Origin: Escherichia phage BSBP01
Reading direction: 5' to 3' (one strand)
DNA: 54,030 nt
Sequence record: PQ231202.1
Each line of letters starts with the position of its first letter. The first letter of the stretch is position 1. The notes beneath the pieces were generated by a model. The model worked only from the letters and a program-made list of their open reading frames with translations. It was not told the DNA's origin and ran no database searches. Position numbers and translations under genes: made by a program. This document shows positions 48,591-54,030 of this stretch, piece by piece.

Positions 48591-50048
48591 TTACGCATAG
48601 TTTGTAGTCTTAAACATTGGACGTTGTTTACACTTCTTAATCCCGTCCTTGTGGTCCTGAGATTCCTGTTCGGTAATAAATCCACCAATTACGCCGATTG
48701 CAAGGTGAGCATCATAGTCTGGTGCCAACTGCTTCTTAACGTATTCAGGGTCATACATCCATTGGAAGTGGTGTTTACAGCGGTCTTCCAGTGAACACAA
48801 GTCAGAGCCTAACTGTTCGTAGTCTTCGCGCCACGCTTCCAACATTGAACGCAGTTCTTCACCGCCAAATACACGAATAGAAGGGAGGTTAACAAGTTCG
48901 CGGTGTTTAAGACGTAAAGTATTGGTAAGGCCACCACATCGTGCAGTAAGGTATCCGTCTTCATCGACGTCGCGAAGGAAACCGTTAACAACAGAGAGAC
49001 GGTGTTTATATACGCCCATCCCAATAAGATGTTGAATACCAGAGTCGGGGTTTCTTTCCGCCAGCTTATGCAAGCTCGGACATATTTCAGGATTGCCATC
49101 TTCATCCTTCACAGTGATTTGTGGAATCTGGCGAGTTTCACCTGTTTCCTTATTACGGTCGAACTTAAAGGTTTCTGGTTCCCAACCTAGGCTGAACAAC
49201 CAATCTTTGATTTGAACATGTGAACCAGCATTAGGCTTCTTGTAACCTTTAAGAACCTTGATAGCCAGGTCTGGGTCTTTCCAGTCCAAACCGTTCGCAT
49301 CACAAATAGCCTTCCACTTAATTCCAGTGGCAGACAGTTGCCCGTTCATCTTGTGGCATTTAGCTGGACGGGTCTTGATAACATACTCCGGAACACGAGG
49401 CATTGATGCCTCCAATGCGTCCGTCTTCTCTTTAATCATTGGTTCCAGCTTGGCCTTAAATGCCAATGCCTTCTCAATGTTCAGCTTCCAGCGAGTGCGT
49501 TGTTGAATAACTTGTTGACGAGCTTTTGTCATCAGATATTCAACGAAGCGTTTAACTTCGCCAGGAGATTTATAAATCTTCAAGAGTTGAATGTATTGCT
49601 GTTCCCACAGCTTCAACTGAATCTTGCAGTCTTCCATCACACGATGGTTGTACTCTTCTTGAGTTTGATTTTCCCAATCTTCAATGACTGGTTTTGGCAC
49701 ACCAAACTCTTCGCCGTAACCTTCTAAGCCGTGCTTAACACGACGAGGTTGCAGATACCAACTAATAAACAAAGTATCAATAAACACACACTTGGAGGTA
49801 TCGTATCCAAGGAATATGAGCGCTTCATTATCAAAGCACATACTATTGTGCATGACCAGCGTAGGTCCGGTATCCAAGAATGCTTGTACAGATTTTCTGT
49901 CAGTCCACTCTATTACATTCTCTTCCCTGGTTTGTATATCTATAAAACCAATATTGTGCAGACGAGGTGCGGACTGTTGCTTCATTTGCTCAAGCAAGCC
50001 TGTAGTCTCTATATCTGCGGCATACATATTATTCCAAGGGTATAACAT
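48591..50048 (-). CDS. DNA polymerase (family A), N-terminal fragment with 3'-5' exonuclease domain
   Basis: Exo motif AADIETTG; ends ...RPMFKTTNYA inside motif B. Confidence 0.8.
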   Translation of the reverse strand: MLYPWNNMYAADIETTGLLEQMKQQSAPRLHNIGFIDIQTREENVIEWTDRKSVQAFLDTGPTLVMHNSMCFDNEALIFLGYDTSKCVFIDTLFISWYLQPRRVKHGLEGYGEEFGVPKPVIEDWENQTQEEYNHRVMEDCKIQLKLWEQQYIQLLKIYKSPGEVKRFVEYLMTKARQQVIQQRTRWKLNIEKALAFKAKLEPMIKEKTDALEASMPRVPEYVIKTRPAKCHKMNGQLSATGIKWKAICDANGLDWKDPDLAIKVLKGYKKPNAGSHVQIKDWLFSLGWEPETFKFDRNKETGETRQIPQITVKDEDGNPEICPSLHKLAERNPDSGIQHLIGMGVYKHRLSVVNGFLRDVDEDGYLTARCGGLTNTLRLKHRELVNLPSIRVFGGEELRSMLEAWREDYEQLGSDLCSLEDRCKHHFQWMYDPEYVKKQLAPDYDAHLAIGVIGGFITEQESQDHKDGIKKCKQRPMFKTTNYA

Positions 50049-50055
50049 AATTACC

Positions 50056-50463
50056 TCAGTATTTTGGAGTATTCTTCATGTGCCAATTTTCGTGACACTG
50101 CTTACAAAGCCATCTTACCATCAAGGGTTTCGAATAGTCGTCGTGGTGTGCCTCCAGCTTCTTATCTTGAGTACACATCATACATCTGTTTGGTTTAACT
50201 ATCCTTCCAAACTTAAGTGCAGCATTTACCAAACTTCTTGCACGCTCCCTCTCAGGCCGCACTTCTCGGTATCTTTTGCACCTGGCATTGTTGAGTTCCC
50301 GCTCTCGTTCAATATTACGAACAGGCTTCTCTGGTAATGGTGCAGATTTGTACTCTGCACGGTACTTTAAGCTTTTGCACAACTTGCACCAAGATGAACT
50401 CTTGTGAAAGCCTGCTTCATCTTTAGGTACTTTGCACTTAGGACAAATTTTCATCATTTCCAA
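50056..50463 (-). mobile_element. HNH-type endonuclease (free-standing)
   Basis: CPKC, CKLC and C-terminal HHDDYSKPLMVRWLCKQCHENWH. Confidence 0.55.
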
Positions 50464-50518
50464 TTATTGTAAAGTGAGGGCTACGCTGGTGGGCGAACCA
50501 TGCAGCGCAGCAGCTCTG

Positions 50519-52282
50519 TTATTGATGTGGACCGTTCTTCTTAGTAAGCTGAACAATCTCTTTGGTTTCGAACAGCGAGTCATCCCAAGAACGTTGAATA
50601 ATTCGACCAGATTCGGTGTCATAATACGTCTTGAAGCCTTCTGTTTTACCACTCTTACGAGCTTTGATGGAACGAATAATAGAACAGTTTGGGTCAACTG
50701 CCTGGCTATTACGCTCAAAGCCGAACATACCATGAGAATATTTAGCAGCAGCACGTGAGCCAGTAAAGTCTGACTTCTTGATACGTCCACCATCTTCATG
50801 AGGTCGCTGACCTTTTGCAACAGGGTTAAGGTGCGACAGAATATTTACATGGAACTGATATTGGTCTGCCAGCTTAGTAATATCTGCATACAGCTTACCC
50901 AAGAAGTCGTTCTTCTCTGAGGCAGAAATCCCTTCCGATAAGTAGGTTAAGTTATCAAGGACAAACATATCAATGTCTGGTCCAATCTGACGAAGAATCG
51001 TCTTTAACCCATCCCAGGTTTCATAAGGGTCTTCTCCAGCTTGCTTGCGGTCCCAAATCTCCATGTTACGAAGCATCTTCGCAGCAGTTTGACGGAACTT
51101 AGCTTCATCATATCGAGGGTCTTCACGAGTAAACGCAGGTTCCCAATATGGCAAGTTGTCATTAAGGCCAGCCATTCGGCGCAATGTTTCTGTAGGAGTT
51201 TCCTCCATGTATGCAGTAAACACTCCCCAATCGTGCTTGGTAATGTTGTGATGCACAATCTGACGGGACAGCGTAGTTTTACCACCACCTTCTGCACCAC
51301 CGATTGTAATAACTTCGGCTCGACGTTGACCAAACATTAAGTCGGTTAACTTTGGCCAAGGATAGTCCACACCCTGTTCAACCTCGTCATCAAGCTCTTC
51401 CATAAGAAGTTCTTTGTTGACAAGTGCTGTAGGCAGAGGACGAGCCGCACGGAACACAACAGCAGATTGAGTAGCTTTGAGCAAGCCACGCTTCAAACAA
51501 TCGTTGGCATCGTTAGCTGGAAGTGTTGCAATCATTGCACCAGGCAACAATCGACACGCTTCTTTTGCAGCTTTACGTCCAGGTTCGTCATCATCAAATA
51601 CGATAACAACCTGTTCCCAACGTTGCTTAATTTCTTCTGCAACTGGTGACAAACATTTGTGTACGGAATCACTCCCGTCACTCAAACTAATTACAGCAAA
51701 ATCCAAATCTTCATATGCACCACCACGGTTCATAGTCTTGAGGATTTGACGCAATGCGATACAGTCTTCTTCACCTTCAGTGATGAACAATGTCTTACCG
51801 CCAATTGCTTTTGCAGCCAACCAGTTGTAGGGTTCGTTGCCTTGTGTATCGCCAACAGACCACATAACTTTCTTGTTCAGAAGTTTAATCTTCCAACGAA
51901 CAAGTTTGCCATTTTTGGTGTAGCCATGTGCCAGAGCATTTGGAGTCTTCCCATCATACTCTGAATACAGAAGTCGAACACCAGCAGCTTTCCAGAATTC
52001 TGGTTCGATGCTGCGATGGGTTAAATCAAACGGAGGACAAGCAGTGATTTCATCAACTTCTTCCTGAATTTCTTCTGGAGTCTTGACTTTAATCTCTGGA
52101 ATGTTCTCCGGATTATTGCCATAAGGATTTGGTACTAGAACGCCACACGCAAAGCAGTAACCAGAGAAGTTCTTATTACCAGCTTCATCGACATTCAACC
52201 AAACCTGTAAAGACTTGCCAGATGTGGATTTACAGTCTGGTACATCGTGCTTAATCTTAGCCACACATTGCTTGACGTTCAT
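50519..52282 (-). CDS. Bifunctional DNA primase-helicase (T7 gp4-like)
   Basis: N-terminal zinc finger, TOPRIM FITEGEEDCIAL and VFDDDEPG, helicase P-loop GGAEGGGKTT. Confidence 0.85.
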   Translation of the reverse strand: MNVKQCVAKIKHDVPDCKSTSGKSLQVWLNVDEAGNKNFSGYCFACGVLVPNPYGNNPENIPEIKVKTPEEIQEEVDEITACPPFDLTHRSIEPEFWKAAGVRLLYSEYDGKTPNALAHGYTKNGKLVRWKIKLLNKKVMWSVGDTQGNEPYNWLAAKAIGGKTLFITEGEEDCIALRQILKTMNRGGAYEDLDFAVISLSDGSDSVHKCLSPVAEEIKQRWEQVVIVFDDDEPGRKAAKEACRLLPGAMIATLPANDANDCLKRGLLKATQSAVVFRAARPLPTALVNKELLMEELDDEVEQGVDYPWPKLTDLMFGQRRAEVITIGGAEGGGKTTLSRQIVHHNITKHDWGVFTAYMEETPTETLRRMAGLNDNLPYWEPAFTREDPRYDEAKFRQTAAKMLRNMEIWDRKQAGEDPYETWDGLKTILRQIGPDIDMFVLDNLTYLSEGISASEKNDFLGKLYADITKLADQYQFHVNILSHLNPVAKGQRPHEDGGRIKKSDFTGSRAAAKYSHGMFGFERNSQAVDPNCSIIRSIKARKSGKTEGFKTYYDTESGRIIQRSWDDSLFETKEIVQLTKKNGPHQ

Positions 52283-52286
52283 TTAT

Positions 52287-52967
52287 TTATTCCTGGTTGG
52301 TCAGAGCCTTCCAACAAATTGGGAATAGTTCTGACATGATTTTATTCACTTCTTCCGCAAACAAGCGAACTTCATATTGCGCATGTTCGGAGGAACGTTG
52401 ATTATACATAGATGCCCAGCCATAAAGTGAGCCAGTCCAAATCCATTCAGTCATCATGGATTGTGGAAGAACCATGCGAGCTTGCTCTGGGGCAATCCCC
52501 AAACCAATTAACGTTTCATACTCTGCGATGCAAGCCTTGTTATAGCTTTCCATGCGATAATGAATATCGTCAGCAAAATCTTGTGGCAACGGTTGTGCAG
52601 TCTGAGTCATCAACTTTTCAGGACGACCAAATACAACACCTGGAACAAAGCATTCAATAGAGATTGCTTCGCCATCTTTGTAACGACGGCTAACCTCATT
52701 CCAACTAAAGCCAGTTTGATGTTTGCCAAGCTGACGTGCAATGAAGATTGGAGCTTTGCAACGCAATGTTACCTGTGCATGACGGAACGGCGTAATGTGT
52801 TTATGCTTTGCAAGAAACTCAATCAGCTTCTCGTCACGTAAAGATATTTCATGTGACTCTGCACCATAAGAAACTCGTGCAGCATTAACAGTTGTGAGGT
52901 CGCTGCCCATTGAATCTACTAATGTTGCGGTTATTTGTGGCTTAACCATTATTTGCGTATTCTCCAT
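52287..52967 (-). CDS. thyX: Flavin-dependent thymidylate synthase ThyX-like
   Basis: Aligns by eye along its length to ThyX; RHR position reads KHQ. Confidence 0.7.
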   Translation of the reverse strand: MENTQIMVKPQITATLVDSMGSDLTTVNAARVSYGAESHEISLRDEKLIEFLAKHKHITPFRHAQVTLRCKAPIFIARQLGKHQTGFSWNEVSRRYKDGEAISIECFVPGVVFGRPEKLMTQTAQPLPQDFADDIHYRMESYNKACIAEYETLIGLGIAPEQARMVLPQSMMTEWIWTGSLYGWASMYNQRSSEHAQYEVRLFAEEVNKIMSELFPICWKALTNQE

Positions 52968-53394
52968 GATATATTTTTCTTGCTACCTTGATAGCAGCCT
53001 CGGCATCTTCGAGATTGTCAAAGCTGCCAACGTATATTCGTTTACCATCTCCAACACGAATCCTCGCCACAAACTTTCCGCGAGCATCTTTATGCACACC
53101 TTTTACCCCAGATGTGTTGTTAGAGTTAATTCTTCTGTTGTGACAGTTCTGCAACTGTGTTGCTTCTCGCAGGTTGGATGGAACATCGTTAAAAGTGTTT
53201 CCATCAATATGGTCAACCTTATCTACAATCTTGCCAGTATTCATGTAGTACACAAGTACGTGCCTGCAAACACTGTAGTGCTTGCCGCCAAGGTATAGTG
53301 CTGTTTTGGCGTACCTTCCACTGCAAGTCCAATTTATTTGGTCAAACCTTTTTGCAGCCGTGTCTAACACAAATTTCTTGGACAGCCTATTCAA
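52942..53394 (-). mobile_element. HNH endonuclease with AP2-type DNA-binding domain
   Basis: HIDGN..N HNH core and GVKGVHKDARGKFVARIRVGDGKRIYVGSF AP2-like segment. Confidence 0.65.
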
Positions 53395-53453
53395 TGTTTG
53401 CTCTCCGGTTCATATGGTGGGAGATAAATTAGCTCCGCACCATGATAATGGTA

Positions 53454-53684
53454 TTATTTTAATGACGCCTGAATTTCTTTCATAGACGCATTTAGTACAG
53501 AACGCTTTTCATATTCGCGTTGATTGTACGTGTTTGTCAGTGCTTCCGCAGCTTCTATTGACAAGATTGCAAAACCGCCAAAGGCATTGCGAACTTCTTC
53601 AATATCCATGTGCAGGACTTCACTTGTGATTTGGCTGGCTATTACGGCCTTATAAATCTCTTCGGCAATTTCAGCAGTTTTCAT
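53454..53684 (-). CDS. Hypothetical protein
   Basis: 76-aa ORF, first gene after the junction non-coding region. Confidence 0.4.
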   Translation of the reverse strand: MKTAEIAEEIYKAVIASQITSEVLHMDIEEVRNAFGGFAILSIEAAEALTNTYNQREYEKRSVLNASMKEIQASLK

Positions 53685-53880
53685 GTTTCTCTCCAGTTAA
53701 AATTTAAGTAAGTGCCCTGAGTATTACAAAACACTTATTAAATTTGATTCGAACCGCCCAAGTGAATCAGCCTTGTTTATGGGGACCATCGGGGAAAAGT
53801 ATAAACCCGCTTAATGCTCGCATCATGTTTGAACATTAAGAACCCTCGACTTGCATATTTCATGTGTATAGGAACATAGT

Positions 53881-53897
53881 CTGGATTTTGAATCCAG
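53881..53897. other. Perfect hairpin (7-bp stem CTGGATT/AATCCAG) adjacent to the terminal repeat
   Basis: ctggattttgaatccag. Confidence 0.3.
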
Positions 53898-53903
53898 CTA
53901 ACT

Positions 53904-54030
53904 TCGGGATGAGGAGTAACCCAAATAAAAGCCTGAACTTTCTTTCTGCACAACACAATCAGCGCAACTAAGCCGTATCGCTACGGTATGCCAGACGCTC
54001 TCTTGAGCCTTTTGAACAGAGGCATAACTG
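53904..54030. repeat. Second copy of the 127-bp terminal repeat
   Basis: Identical to 1-127. Confidence 0.9.

Noticed and set aside
48105-48794. 229-aa plus-strand ORF
   Set aside because: Antisense to the HNH endonuclease and polymerase N fragment; shadow ORF.
1-54030. Temperate lifestyle (integrase, repressor, attachment site)
   Set aside because: No tyrosine or serine recombinase-like ORF or CI-like repressor was recognisable; the genome looks virulent.

Overview
The window looks like a complete, virulent tailed-phage genome of about 53.9 kb: bases 1-127 are repeated exactly at 53904-54030, so the contig is circular or terminally redundant. Essentially all credible genes are on the minus strand. 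Reading in the direction of transcription (high to low coordinates) there is a T7-like replication module with four HNH endonucleases (thyX, gp4-like primase-helicase, a family A DNA polymerase split in motif B by an HNH insertion, 5'-3' exonuclease, compact ATP ligase, P-loop kinase, dUTPase), then terminase, portal, capsid, a contractile-tail and baseplate module with three fibre genes, a holin plus signal-peptide SleB-type hydrolase, a host-like orphan nrdB, a 646-aa minimal single-subunit RNA polymerase flanked by repeat-rich non-coding DNA, and a long run of small early-type ORFs including an SSB-tail mimic, an M15 peptidase, an ArdA-like protein and an overlapped spanin pair. The most notable observations are the minimal RNAP with a 7-copy conserved promoter-like motif confined to the 2.4-15.4 kb segment, the split polymerase, and a dUTPase whose C-terminal extension resembles the apex of the baseplate spike. 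All calls are by-eye motif recognition without database searches; no integrase, repressor, CRISPR array or canonical tRNA was found.
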